NCBI RefSeq assembly: GCF_963921235.1
Contig: NC_086097.1
Span: forward strand, 60,700,001 to 60,764,000
Source: Mobula hypostoma
Taxonomy: Eukaryota
Direction: 5' to 3'
DNA: 64,000 nucleotides
Positions 50,621-64,000 of the stretch are shown one piece after another. Numbering within the stretch: the stretch's first letter is position 1; each line of letters opens with the position of its first letter. The notes below the pieces were generated by a model that had not been told where the DNA came from, did not search any database, and was given only the letters and a program-made list of their open reading frames with translations. The translations under genes and the position numbers were made by a program.

Positions 50621-51498
50621 CTATGAAGAGATCCCAGATATTACATTTCTTATAAAAGTTAAGACAATGAAAGCATTAGAAACAAACCACAAATGAATGA
50701 AGAGATGGAACTGAGAGTAAGAAAAGCCAATAAAAATCATGTTAGTGGGCAATTGGGAAAATGTGACAAAGCAAAATGCAAGAAGGATAGAATACATTTT
50801 TAAGTTGGGAAGGCATAGAGTACCAATGATACAGTATTATCAATAAAAATAAAACAATGTAGCAGAGTATTCTTCAGGCACTTAAACTAAAAGGTCACAT
50901 CAGGAAAGGAAGAATAACACAAGAAACCAGGAAAAAAATGTGGACAGCTTTGCAAAATGATAGTAATATTGTACAATCATTCTATTTCAGAATTTAAGAG
51001 GAACAAATATATAAAGAACCATGATTGTACAGATAGGGAAACAGATCCTGGAAAGGTGTAATAATAACAGAGTTGTCGTGGTGGGAGATTTTAATTTCCC
51101 AAATATCAACTGGCATCTCCCTAGACCAAGGGGTTTAGATGGGGTGGAGTTTGTTAGGTGTCTTCAGGAAGGTTTTTTGACACAATATATAGATAAGCCT
51201 ACAAGAGGAGAGACTGTACTTGATTTGGTATTGGGAAATGAACCTGGTCAGGTGTCAGATCTCTTAGTGGGAGAGCATTTTGGAGATAGTGATCATAATT
51301 CTATCCCCTTTACAATAGCATTGGAGAGAGATAGGAACAGAGAAGTTAGAAAAGCATTTAGTTGGAGAGAGGGGAATTATGAGGCTATCAGGCAGGAACT
51401 TGGAAGCTTAAATTCAAAATGGATGTTCTCAGGGAAAGGTGTGGAAGAATGTGGCAAACCTTCAGGGGATATTTGTGTGCAGTTCTGCGTAGGTACAT

Positions 51499-54400
51499 TC
51501 ATAGTCAGAGTCATACTTTATTGATCCCGGGGGAAATTGTTTTTTGTTACAGTTGCACCATAAATAATTAAATAGTAATAAAACCATAAATAGTTAAATA
51601 GTAATATGTAAATTATGCCAGGAAATATTTCCAGGACCAGCCTACTGGCTCAGGGTGTCTGACCCTCCAAGGGAGGAGTTGTAAAGTTTGCTGCCACAGG
51701 CAGGAATGACTTCCTATGACGCTCTGTTTTGCATCTCAGTGGAATGAGCCTCTGTACTCCTGTGCCCAACCAGTACATTATGTAGTGGATGGGAGACATT
51801 GTTCAAGATGGTATTCAACCTGGACAGCATCCTCTTTTCAGACACCACCGTCAGAGAGTCCAGTTCCATCCCCACAATATCACTGGCCTTACGAATGATG
51901 TTGTTGATTCTGTTGGTGTCTGCTACCCTCAGCCTACTGCCCCAGCACACAACAGCAAACATGATCGCACTGGCCACCACAGACTCGTAGAACATCCTCA
52001 GCATCATCTGGCAGATGTTAAAGAACCTCAGTCTCCTCAGGAAATAGAGACGGCTCTGACCCTTTTCGTGGACGGCTTCAGTATTCTTTGACCAGTCCAG
52101 TTTATTGTCAATTTGTATCCCCAGGTATCTGTAATCCTCCACCATGTCCACACTGACCCCCTGGATGGAAATAGGGGTCGCTGGTACCTTAGCTCTCCTC
52201 AGGTCTACCACCAGCTCCTTAGTCTTTTTCACATTGAGCTGCATATAATTCTGCTCACACCATGTGACAAAGTTTCCTACCGTAGCCCTGTACTCAGCCT
52301 CATCTCCCTTGCTCATGCATTCAACTATGGCAGAGTCATCCGAAAACTTCTGAAGATGACAAGACTCTGTGCAGTAGTTGAAGTCCGAGGTGTAAATGGT
52401 GAAGAGAAAGGGAGACAAGGCAGTCCCCTGTGGAGCCCCAGGTCCTCTGATCACTCTGTCGGACACAGTGTTGCAAGTACATGTACTGTGGTCTACCAGT
52501 CAAGTAACCAAGAATCCATGACACCAGGAAAGCATCCACCTGCATTGCTGTCAGCTTCTCCCCCACCAGAGCAGGGCAGATGGTATGAAATGCGCTGGGG
52601 AAGTCAAAAAACACGACCCTCACAGTGTTCACTAGCTTGTCCAGGCGGGCGTAGACACAGTTCAGCAGGTAGATGATGGCATCCTCAACTCCTAGTTGGG
52701 GCTGGTAGGCGAACTGGAGGGGATCTAAGTGTGGCCTGACCATAGGCCGGAGCAGCTCCAGAACAAGACCCTCCATGGTCTTCATGATGTGGGGGGCCAA
52801 AGCCACCGGTCTGTAGTCATTGAGGCCGCTGGGGCGCGGCATCTTCGGCACAGGGACGAGACCGGACGTCTTCCACAGCACAGGAGCCCTCCGGAGCCTT
52901 AGGCTCAGGTTGAAGACATGGCGAAGTACTCCACATAGCTGAGGGGCACAGGCTTTGAGCACCCTGGTACTGACACCATCCAGTCCTGCAACCTTGCTTG
53001 GGTTGAGACGTTTCAGCTGTCTTCTCACCTGTTCAGCTGTGAAGCCCATCATGGTGGTTTCGTGTGGGGAACGGGTATAGTCATGAGAGCAGGGTGGGGG
53101 ACTGTGAGGAGGGGTAGGAGGGGAGAGTGGAATATGTGTTGGTTGGGGGCCGACAACAGATGAATTATGTGAGGGATGGGCAGGGGTCACAATGTCAAAT
53201 CTGTTAAAGAACAGGTTAAGTTCGTTGGCCCTGTCCACACTGCCCTCAGCTCCTCTGTTGCTAGTTTGCCGGAACCCAGTGATGGTCCTCATCCCCCTCC
53301 AGACCTCTCTCATGTTGTTCTGCTGGAGTTTCCACTCAAGCTTCCTCCTGTACCTGTCTTTAACCTCCCTGATCCTGGCTTTCAGGTCCCTCTGTATTGC
53401 CCTCAGCTCCTCCCTATTTCCATCTCAAAACACCCTCCTTTTAGCGTTCAGGATGTCCTTAATGTCCTTTGTTATCCATGGCTTGTTATTTGAATAACAA
53501 AGGACAGCTCTTGTCGGAACATTGCAGTCCACACAGAAGGTGATGTTTTCAGTGATGCATTCTGTGAGCCCATCAATATCCTCTCCATGTGGCTCACAGA
53601 GTGCCTCCCGGTCCGTCACCTCAGAACAACCCTGGAGCACCTCATAAACCTCCTCTGACTATTTCCTCACTGTCCTCGAGGTTGCAGGTTTACTCTTCAC
53701 CAGAGGCACGTAGCAGGGTTTTAGATGCACCAGGTTGTGATCTGACCTTCCCAATGGGGGGAGGGGAGAGGAGCTGCATGCATCCTTAACATTATCGTAC
53801 ATCAAATTCAGAGTCCTCTCCCCTCTGGTTGTACAGCTCACATATTGCATGAAGTTGGGTAGTGTTCTAGCCATAGTAACATGTTGAAGTCACCCGAGAT
53901 GGTAATGAGGGCACTCGGGTGCTGGGTTTGTAATCTGGTTATGACAGTGTAAATGATGTTACATGCCGACGTCGGGTTGGCAGAGGGAGAGATGTACACA
54001 ACAACAACAATTGCATTCGAGATTTCCCTTGGCAAATAATATGGCCGGAGTCCAACAGCAAAAAGTTCAATATCTGGGCTACAAACACATTCCTTGATCG
54101 TAATATGACCAGGATTACGCCATCTGTTGTTTACCAGAACTGCAAGCCCACTTCCTTTACATTTACCGCTCTCAGTGCAATCCCAGTCAGCCCGAATGGT
54201 CTGGAAGCCCTCTGTGGAAACGTTTTGATCGGGTATGTCTTCGTGCAGCCATGTTTCAGTAAAACACATAACACTGCTCTCCCGAAATGTTCTCTGACCC
54301 CTGACAAGCGCCGCCAACTTGTCCATTTTATTACCCAGCGATCTCATCTTGCCCATAATGAGAGAGGGGAGACACGGGTTATAACTTCTCTTCTCCATAA

Positions 54401-54786
54401 GCCTCTGTTGTCTCGACCCGGTCCTCTTCCCTTGCCTTTTTGACCCCTCCTCTGCATCCTCTGTGTGTTTTCCTCCCGATTTCAGCTGGGGTGTCCGCTG
54501 CTTTGTTTGCTAAACCGGCCGGCATAAGCGCAATCAGCTGGTCCCTGGAATAAACAATGCGACCATCCTGCTGCCATGCTAATGAGACATGTCCGAATGT
54601 AACTATTTCCGGTGCTAAAAAAACAAATAGAACTCTCTCCACCAGCATGTTAGAGAGAGTGCAGCTTCAATGTGTTACCGTGAGAAAAAAAATACAACAA
54701 ATAACCTAAGTTAAAAAAGTTTAAAAAGTAAGAAACGGAGCAACTGTAACAGGCTGCAGGCACGACCGGCACATGCGCACTAGATG
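51499..54786 (-). mobile_element. Apparently full-length Rex1/Babar LINE (~3.3 kb; single APE-RT ORF, frameshifted)
   Basis: Short 5' UTR; ATG 54648; YSRDQLIAL; CFTETWL, LRPYYLPRE, SGDFN, GRSDH (APE); NDYRPVAL, PQGTALSP, FSDD (RT); (TATGAC)-type tail at 51499-51514. Confidence 0.93.
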
Positions 54787-55983
54787 CAATGAGACAATGA
54801 GACAGGGAAGTTATGGTAGAGTACAGGAACTGTTGTGTACAAAGGCTATAGTAAATCTAATCAAGAAGAAAAGAAAAGCTTACGAAAGATTCAGAGAGCG
54901 AGGTAATGTCAGAGATCTAGAAGATTATACGGCTAACAGGAAGGAGCTTAAGAAGGGAATTAGGAGTGCCAGAAGGGGCCATGAGAAGGCCTTGGTGGGC
55001 AGAATTAAAGAAAACCCCAAGGCATTCTACAAGTATTTGAAGAGCAAGAGGATAAAACATGAAAGAATAGGACCTATCAATTGTGACAGTTGGAAAGTGT
55101 GTTTGGAACTGGAGGAAATAGCAGAGGTACTTAGTGATTACTTCAGTATTCACTGTGGAAAAGGATCTTGGTGATTGTAGTGGTGACTTGCAGCGGACTG
55201 AAAAGCTTGAGCATGTAGATATTAAGAAAGAGGATGTGCTGGAGATTTTGAAAATCATCAAGTTGGATAAGTCGCCGGAACCAGATGAGATGTATCCCAG
55301 GCTACTGTGGGAGGTGAGGGAGGAGATTGCTGAGCCTCCGGCAATGATCTTTGCATCATCAATGGGGATGGGAGAGGTTCCGAAGGATTGAAGGGTTGCG
55401 GATGCTGTTCCCTTATTTAAGAAAGGGAGTAGATATAGCCCAGGAAATTATAGACCAGTGAGTCTTACTTCAGTAGTTGGTAAGTTGATAGTGAAGATTC
55501 TGAGAGGCAGGATTTATGAACATTTGGAGAGGTATAATATGATTAGGAATAGTCAGCATAGCTTTGTCAAGGGCCTTATGAGCCTGACTGAATTTTCTGA
55601 GGATGTGACTGATTTTCTGACGTTGATGAAGGAAGAGCAGTAGATGTAGTGTATATGGATTTTAGCAAGGCATTTGATAAGGTACCCCATGCAAGGCTTA
55701 TTGAGAAAGTAAGGAGGCATGGGATCCAAGGGGACATTGCTTTGTGGATCCAGAACTGGCGTGCCCACAGAAGGCAAAGAGTGGTTGTAGGTGGGTCATA
55801 TTCTGCATAGAAGTTGGTGACCAGTAGTGTGCCTCAGGGATCTGTTCTGGGACCCTTACTCTTCATGATTTTTATAAATGACCTGGATGAGGAAGTGGAC
55901 GGATGAGTTAGTAAGTTTGTTGATGACACAAAGGTTGGAGGTGTTGTGGATGGTGTGGAGGGCTGTCAGAGGTTACATCAGGA

Positions 55984-56029
55984 CACTGATAGGATGCAAA
56001 ACTGGGCACTGATAGGATGCAAAACTGGG
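55984..56029. repeat. Perfect 23-bp tandem duplication inside CR1
   Basis: CACTGATAGGATGCAAAACTGGG x2. Confidence 0.95.
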
Positions 56030-56907
56030 CTGAGAAGTGGCAGATAGAGTTCAACCCAGTTAAGTGTGAGGTGGTTCGTTTTGGTGGTCAAATATGATGG
56101 CAGAATATAGTATTAATGGTAAGACTCTTGGCAGTGTGAAGGATCAGAGGGATTTTGGGGTCCGTGTCCATAGGATGCTCAAAGCAGCTGCGCAGATTGA
56201 CTCTGTGGTTAAGAAGGCATATGCTGTATTGACCTTCCTCAATCAAGGAGTTGAATTTAGGAGCCGAGAGGTAATGTTGCGGCTATATAGGACCCTAGTC
56301 AGACCCCACTTGGAGAACTGTGCTCAGTTCTGGTCGCCTCACTACAGGAAGGCTGTGGAAACCATAGAAAGAGTGTAGAGGAGATTTACAAGGATGTTGC
56401 CTGGATTGGGGACAATGCCTATGAAAACAGGTTCAATGAACTCGGTCTTTTCTCCTTGGAGCGATGGAGGATGAAAGGTGACCTGATAGAGGTGTATAAG
56501 ATGATGAGAGGCATTGATCGTGTGGATAGTCAGAGGCTTGTTCCCAGAGCTGAAGTGTCTGCCACAAGAGGGCATGGGTTTAATGTGCTTGGGAATAGGT
56601 ATAGATGAGATGTCAGGGGTATTTTTTTTAACGCAAAGAATGGTGAGTGCGTAGAATGGGCTGCCAGCAATGGTGGTGGAGACAGATACGACAGGGTCTT
56701 TAAAGAGACTTTTGGATAGGTACATGGAGCTTAGAAAGATAGAGGGCTATGGCTAAGCCTCGTAATTTCTAAGGTAGGGACATGTTTGGCACAACTTTGT
56801 GGGCCGAAAGGCCTGTATTGTGCTGTAGGTTTTCTAAAAAATGGTATTAGAAAGAACATTAGATTAGAATTGAGTTAACAACATTTCAAATGAAATACAA
56901 TGGAGAT

Positions 56908-59900
56908 TGTATTTTTGTAATATTGTTAATATTGTTTGATTAAGCATTCATTATTGTTTACGTAATTCATTTGGGTTATAAGTGCGTGAATGGTATACAC
57001 CATTACGCCACCATGTCTTAAGTGTGCGCTACCATATCATAAGAATGAAGCAGACAGCCATCTCCCAGTTCTGTGTTTTTCTTTCAATTTGTTTCATGTT
57101 TCAGAGTTACAAGACATAATAGTGGCAACGAGTAAGTTTTAAAATGAACCCAAGGTGAATTCCAATATGTTCAAATGCAGCTAGTTCTTTCTCCGCAAGG
57201 GAGGGCGGGAGGGAGGGGTTGGAGAGAGGGAGAGGGATATTTGAATTCTAAAAAGAGCACAGTACTTTGTTTTATTCAGAAGTGCAGAAAGATGGTTGAG
57301 TTAATAAAATGATAGAAATTGGACAACATTCATAGTCTCATAAACAGTGAGTACAGGTGATAATAATAGACTTTAAAAAAGCAGAAATGACTGACTACAT
57401 CATTAAGAGAGATCTGCTCAATTGCACTAAAGATAACTGGCTGAGGTTTACTGAATGAATTGAGCAGTATTTTAAAGCAAATGGAATAGCCAATGAAAAG
57501 CTAGTGCCAGATTTGCTGAGTGCATTAGATGGAAGAGCATACATTTTGCTCAGAAGTTTAACTGCTCCAACCAAATCAGCTGAAATAAGCTTTGCTGATT
57601 GCACGAAAGTAATGCAAGAGCATTTAGAACTGAAACCATTGATTGCAGAATGCTTTACATTTCAGAAATGAAATCTAAAGGAGGAGTGTCCATTTCAGCA
57701 GATGTGGCTGAATTGAAGAGCTTGTCTGTGCATCGTCAGCTTAGTGATTGCCTTGATGATGTACTGAGAGATCATAACGTATGCAGAATCTTACAAGAAA
57801 GTATTCAAAAACAGCTCTTGACTGAAGCACAACTCATTTAAAATATCAGTTGAAATCACTTTTCCAATGGAAACAACAGGGAGAGATGCAATTGAGTTGC
57901 AGTTAGGAATGAAGGAGAGAGTGAACAAATTGGAAAGTCAAAACAGGAACCTGCCTGGCTGGAAAAAAAATTGTTACTATTGTGGCAGGGGCTTACATAC
58001 TGCAGACCAATGTAAGTTTAAAGGCCAGAATTAATGAAAATAGTGGGAAAAACTTCAGCAGAGTGGACAGATGAGACCTACCTACAGATGGAGATGGAAG
58101 AACAGTTCAAAGTGTTTTTCACCATAAACTCACACAAAGGGCTTTATTGCTATTATAGGCTTATTTTAGGAGGAGCCTCTGCACTTGCACTCTGGAAGAC
58201 TACTCAGGCACTCAGTTACATCATTGTTACCTGTGAGGATGACGAGGAACATCTTCAAAATCTCAAGACAGTGTTAAAAAGATTAGAAGATTATGGCCGC
58301 AGAACATGGTGCAACAAGTGTGAATTATTCAGACAAAGCATCACTTACCATTGACGTACATGTATTACAGAAGTGTACTGAGAAAATTTCAGCACTGGTG
58401 GATACCCCAAGGCAAAAGTATATGTCATAGTTGTAATCCTTTTCTTGATTTGACAATTACTATAATAGGTTCTTGCCAAATCTGGCTACTGTACTCCACC
58501 TCTTAAACTTATTACTACAGATTGGGAAGAAATGGCAATGGACAAAGCAGTGTGAGGTGTCTTTCCAAAAGACATAGGAAATGGTGACATCAGACATTGT
58601 ATCCACACATTATGATCCACATCATCCAGTGAAGCTTCCCTGTGATTCCTCGTCTTATGCTATCGGTGCAGTTATGTCACATATTATGAGTGATGGAAGT
58701 GAACGTCCTATAGACTTTGAATCACGTTCCCTTACCACTGCAGAGAAAAATATGCACAGTTTGACAAAGAGTCTAGTTTGGGGTGTAATATATTTCAATT
58801 AGTGCTTGTATGGGATAGAGTTTACCCTCATTACCGATCATCAACCACTAGTGTCCATTTTCAATCTACAGAAGGGTGTTCCATTTGCGGCAATACCACA
58901 AGTGCAGAGGTGGGCTCTGTTTCTTGGAGGACAAAATTACAAATTAATTCAAGAGCACAATTAATCATGGAAATGCTGTTGAATTGTCCCGTTTATCCTT
59001 GGAGAAAGGTAATACCTGAAAAAATTACAAAAGAGGTCACTCCTCTTGATGTTTTCTCCCTAATGCAAATTAAAAGTTTACATATTGCAGCAGAGATGAT
59101 CCAAAGGGAAACTAGAAAAGACCCTCCCCCCAGTGTATCACATTTACATGACCACCCAGAAATGGCTGGAATATGTACTACTACACTTAGTCAGTGGCAA
59201 TGGACCACAGTTTCTGAAAATTAATGGAGTAAGCCATATTACAGCTGCATCGCACCAGCCAGCTACAAATGTCTTGGAGGAAAGGTTTGTCCAGAAACTA
59301 AAGAATGCACCTCAAGCAAAGTCAGCGGAATGCACTTCGCTTACACTAAATCAGAACCTCACCATTTTTTTCCTTACATATCACAATGCAGCACAGTCCG
59401 CAATTAACAACAAACCAGCTATGCTATTCCTGGGTCATCCCTTGTGCTCATGCTCGGATCTCCTCAAATCCAATCTCAGAATGAGAATTCAGGACAAAAA
59501 GCTGAGACAAATTGAGGGCTCCTCAAACAAAAAGTTTCAATGTTTCCCTCCTGGACAAGCAGACCTGCCAAGGGACAGCAGAGGTGATCAAAAGTGGGTA
59601 CTGGAAAATATTAAGGACACAACTGGACCACTCTCCTGCTCAATGGAGATTGTGTCTGATGTCATCTGGCGATGGCATATCAAACAGTTGAGAAAAGCAA
59701 TGTCAATTGTTTGAGAAGAAAGGTGTCCACGCTGTCAGAACCACTTCCTAATGACACAATGGAGGAGGCGCCAGCACCTGGGGTGAGTACGTGAATGGCA
59801 TATGACATGGTGGTACAATAACATAAGTGTGTGCCTTGATAAAGTAAGAAAGAAGACAAGCATCTCTCAGCTCCGCATTGTTGTTTTGATTAGTTTTATC

Positions 59901-59923
59901 TTTTGCAGTTACAAAATACAACA
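56908..59923 (+). mobile_element. Internally deleted Gypsy/Ty3 provirus with two LTRs and a 5-bp TSD
   Basis: TSD GAGAT at 56903-56907 and 59924-59928. 5' LTR to ~57121, PBS-like TGGCAACGAG 57123-57132, gag from ~57388 (IEQYFKANGIANEK) with CYYCGRGLHTADQC knuckle. RT FTINSHKGLY, RNase H CDSSSYAIGAV, integrase SGNGPQF..HQPATN..ERFVQ. Partial 3' LTR ~59785-59923. Confidence 0.9.
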
Positions 59924-61244
59924 GAGATATAGTAAATAATTAACACTATTTCTAAAAGATTAAAGCACTTCATCGGGTTGCATTTTATATATGCATTTTA
60001 AAAGAATGTTGGAATGAAAGGCACAACTGTACATTTTCAATAATTCATTAGAAAATGGTGTAGTTTCTTGACAGATAGTCAACATTATACTACCTTGATA
60101 GATAAAATTTATCAGGGAAATCAGCGGCTCAGAGAATAAGTTCGGGACTTATTTCAATTTTAATAGCTGATCACCAGCACTTTTGATTAGAAATATCGGC
60201 AAAATCATCACAATCTGGGTCACTTTTTAAGCACCTCACCTAAATTCTATAAATCTTTTGCATTTCTGCCATAGTAAGTTTCAATAAGCTGCTAACCAAA
60301 CCAGTCATACATTTTTTTTTGGAATGGTCAATTTGTGGATCCCAAACAATATTTCTGCAAAGTGTATCTGTTTTAAACATTTCATCTACTGGATGGAATT
60401 GGAAAAAAATCCTGAGTTCTATAACAAATTGAATATTTCGTATCAAATTGAATATATCTCAACCACAATGCCACACACAAGTTTGAATTTTATGGCATTA
60501 ATATTCTACGCTGGATTTTCATTAATGTGGAAGCACGAATGCCTGGGTACTTGAAAGTGACCACTGACTAATTTAGTAGGTGTGTCTGAACTACAAGTAC
60601 TTGGCCAGCAATTCAGGCTAAAAGTAACTGGAATACAAAGTCTATTTGCTAATGTAAGTAAATGCCTACATTTTTTTTATTAGTTCATTTCCTTTCAGTT
60701 AGAGCTTCTCTAACATCAATAGTTATTTCATGGCTGAATTTGTCTAATTAACTTAATGGCAAAGAAACAACATCTTCAGTTTAGAATGGGATCCATCACA
60801 GTAAGAAAAGTGGACTTTGTTTTGTTCCAGTGAATAAGAAAATAATGCAATGTTTAAGAGGCATCAATCAAAATTAACAGGTAAAGAACTGTGTTGTTAG
60901 GAGCTGCAAAGTCATTGACATGTGGTATGTTCACTTTCTCATTCATTTTGAGCACCCTCAATTGAAACTAGCAAAAGGAACATCTGACTAAACTGCTAGC
61001 ATTTCCTTCCAGAAATTTAGTTTGCATCTCAGAAATGGTTGGGAGTATTTTCTACTGACAGTCAAAATGAACCCACACAAATTAATCTAAACTTCAATAT
61101 ATGCAAAGAGCACAGCCCATTTCTCATTTCCATATTGCTAGTGAACTTACATCAGCACTAACTCTGGCAATTTTTATTCCATATATTAGAAAGAAGGAAG
61201 TCAGGCTGGAATGTGGCTTTTTAAAGCAGTTTTGAACTCTGTTA

Positions 61245-61370
61245 AGGTTCTGGTGAAGGGTCTCAGTGCCAAACATCAGCTCTTTATTCCTTTCCATCTC
61301 TCCATAGTTTCTTCCTGACCTGCAGAGTTCCTCCACATTTCGTCTGTGTTACTCTTGACCTCTGCTTCTG
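61245..61370 (+). mobile_element. PLE 3' terminal remnant with eroded hammerhead motif
   Basis: CTGGTGA-AGGGTCTCAGTGC-CAAACATC, then 'ctgacctgcagagttcctcca' as in the other PLE ends. Confidence 0.55.
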
Positions 61371-62030
61371 CCACAATATTTGAAACTAGTCGACAAATCT
61401 GAATTGCAAACTGCAACTTCATGCATGTGTATGTGTGTGTATGTATGTAAAACCTTCAACTCTCTAATCATATTACATTTTTCAGAGGTGGAGGAAATGT
61501 GGTAACTTAATCTCCTTTCACATCTTGCTTGTTTTAATAATGTGATGTTGTTGCCCCTCTATACAGGTCTCTTCATGAGCTTTCTGTTTTTCAGTGCAAG
61601 TACAGAGCATGCAGTACACTACGGTGGATCAGGAAAGTCTGTCAGGAATTCATGCAGGACCTTAACTTTGGAATACCAATGGCTTGCTCAAAGCTCTCAA
61701 AGAACTATTATATTAATGCATCTCTCTTCTCTGCATGGTTTCCTTAGAGATATGATGAGTTAAAAAGAAATCCACTATCTTCAAACAATCAGCCTGTAGC
61801 AAGATGATTTGGGTGGAACTAAGATGAAAATTGAGGATAGTTGCAAAGCGAAGCACTGTGTGGGAATTCTGCAGACTTTCTGCTATCAGTTGTCAGTGAA
61901 GTGTTTAGCCGGAAGATTTTTTAGGGCCCACTGTCTGGAAAGGAACAGGAAAGGCTTTATGGTACATTATATTTGGAAACATCTTCTTGTTTAGCCCAAA
62001 TGCAATGAATTACTAAATCAGGTTAGATTC

Positions 62031-64000
62031 ATAGAGTCGTAGAAAAGTGCAGCACAGAAACTGGCCTTGAACCCATTTAGTCCATGCTGCAACCACTCAC
62101 CCATTGACTTGCACCAGGACCATCGCCCTCCATTCCCCTGCCATACATGTACGTATCCAAACCTCTTAAACGTGGAAATCGAGTTTCCATGCACCACTTG
62201 TGTTGGCAGCTGATTCCACACTCTGATCACTCTCTGAGTGATGAAGTTTCCCCTGATGTTCTCCTTAAACTTTTCACTTTTCACCCTTAACCCATGACCT
62301 CTGGTTGTATTACCACCCAACCTCAAATGGAAAAAGCCGGCTTGCATTTACCCTATGTATGCCCTTCATAATTTTGTAAACCTCTATTAAATCTTCTCTT
62401 AATTTTCTACATTCTAAGGAGTACAGTTCTAATCTATTCAATCTTTCCCTATAACTCAGGTCCTCCAGACCTGGGAACATCCTTGTAAATTTCCTCTGTA
62501 CTCTTTCAACCTTAGTTACATCTTTCTTGTAGGTAGGTGACTAAAACTGGCCAAGTTAGGCCTCATCAATATCTTATACAACTTCAACATAACATCCCAT
62601 CTGCTGTATGCAGTACATTGATATATGAAGGCCAATGTGCCAAAAGCTATATTTAAGACCCTGTCCACCTGTGACACCACTTTCAATGAATTATGGACCT
62701 GTGTTCCCAGATCCCTTTGTTCTACCACACTGCTCTGTGCCCTACCATTCATTGCATAAGATCTACCCTGGCTGGTTATACTGAAGTGCAAAACCTTGCA
62801 CTTCTCTGCATTAAATTCCATCAGCCCATGTTTCCAGCTGATGCAGATCCCTCTGCAAGCCATGATAGTCTTCCTTGCTACCCACTACATCCCCAATCTT
62901 TGTGTCATCTACAAATTTGCTGATTCTGTTAACCACATTATCATCCAGATCATTGAAATAGATAACAAACAACAATGGACCCAGCACCGATCCCTATGGC
63001 ACACCACTAGTCACAGGCCTCCCATCAGAGAGGCATCCATCAACTACCACTCTCTGGTTTCTCCCACAAAGCCAATATCTGATCCAATTTTCCACCTCAT
63101 CTTGAATGCCGAGTGACTGAAACTTCTTAACCAATTTCCTACGTGGAAACTTGTCAAATGCCTTGCTAAAGTCCATACAGACAGCATCAACTGTCTTGTT
63201 TTTAATCAACTTCCCTGATAACTTCCTTGAATAACTCTGTCTGTCTGTCTAGGTACCATATCCGATGCGGACATTGGTGACCACGGTTTTCCATATAGAT
63301 CTATCCTTCATTCTTTGGATGACTTCCACTTCCTCAATGTGAATAACTCTATAAGATTGGTTATACATGATCTACCACGCACAAAGCCATACTGACTATT
63401 GTTAATTAATCCATGTCTAACCAAATACTTAAGTACTTAAGTGCCTGAGAATACCTTCTAATAACTTTCCAACTGCAGATATCTTATTCACAGGCCTATA
63501 TCTTTCTGGTTTATGTTTAGTGGAACAACATTCAATCATCTGGTACTTCTCCTTTCACTAAGGATAATACAAGTATCTCTGCTAGGGTCCTGGCAATTTC
63601 TGCACTTGCCACCCATAGGTTCCAAGGGAACACCTTGTCAGGCTTTGGGGATTATGCACTCTGATTTGCCTCAAGACAGCAAACACCTCCTCCTCTGTAA
63701 TTTGTACAGGGTCCATGAAGCTGATGCCACTTTCCCTCACTTCTATAGACTCTATGTCGATCTCCTGAGTAAATACAAATGCAAAATATTTATTTCCACT
63801 CTCCCCATCTGTTTCGGCTCCACAAATAAATTACCATTTTCATCTTCCAGAAGGCCAATTTTGTCTCTTGCAAACCTTTTGCTCTTAACATATCTGTGGA
63901 ATCCCTTAGGAATCTCCTTCATCTTGTTTGCTAGAGCAATTTCATGCCTTCTTTTAGCCTTCTTGATTTCTTTCTTAAGTGTTTTACAAAGTTTTACAAA
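62031..64000 (-). mobile_element. CR1 RT/3' part running off the window end
   Basis: VDAVCMDFSKAFDKFP, PVTSGVP, MEFNAEKCKVLHF, TRGHGLRVK; CR1 tail at 62031. Confidence 0.9.
63239..63339 (-). mobile_element. 101-bp RTE 3' end with (AGAC)n tail and 11-bp TSD
   Basis: TSD TGAATAACTCT at 63228-63238 and 63340-63350; minus-strand IEEVEVIQRMKDRSIWKTVVTNVRIGYGT*. Confidence 0.85.

Larger units (their letters stand above)
51021..56815 (+). mobile_element. CR1 ORF2 fragment, split by a full-length Rex1 (pieces 51021-51498 and ~54787-56815)
   Basis: [71 protein letters not shown]1 3' UTR. Confidence 0.92.

Noticed and set aside
61580..61763. Polypyrimidine tract plus CAG acceptor followed by short open frames
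   Set aside because: No recognisable protein in any frame and no matching donor, so it cannot be supported without RNA data.
63981..64000. Terminal GTTTTACAAA duplication
   Set aside because: A 10-bp duplication at the window edge, with no context to interpret it.

Overview
Eukaryotic, AT-rich, repeat-dense vertebrate DNA. The CR1/Rex1/Penelope family mix suggests a cartilaginous fish such as a ray or shark (inference). I found no host protein-coding gene, RNA gene or CRISPR array that I can support, so the window reads as intronic or intergenic. Well over half of it is decayed, heavily nested transposons: a full-length IR/DR Tc1 (DD34E), many CR1 LINEs (one with a near-complete ORF2, one with ORF1+ORF2), three copies of one young Rex1/Babar family (one apparently full length), L2, RTE and R4/Dong LINEs, two Gypsy proviral relics, a young solo LTR, and several Penelope-like (RT + GIY-YIG) elements. 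Main observations: (1) the Penelope-like elements carry a minimal type I hammerhead ribozyme motif (CAGTC-CTGATGA-AGGGTCTCnnCCC-GAAACGTC-GACTG). (2) Two of them share one architecture: inverted 3' copy, body ending TGTGTGTTG, and a perfect 15-16 bp TSD; one has a 42-bp unit repeated four times at the junction. (3) One Penelope element hosts a four-level nest (Penelope > RTE > Rex1 > CR1). Boundaries without a stated TSD are approximate and were read by eye.
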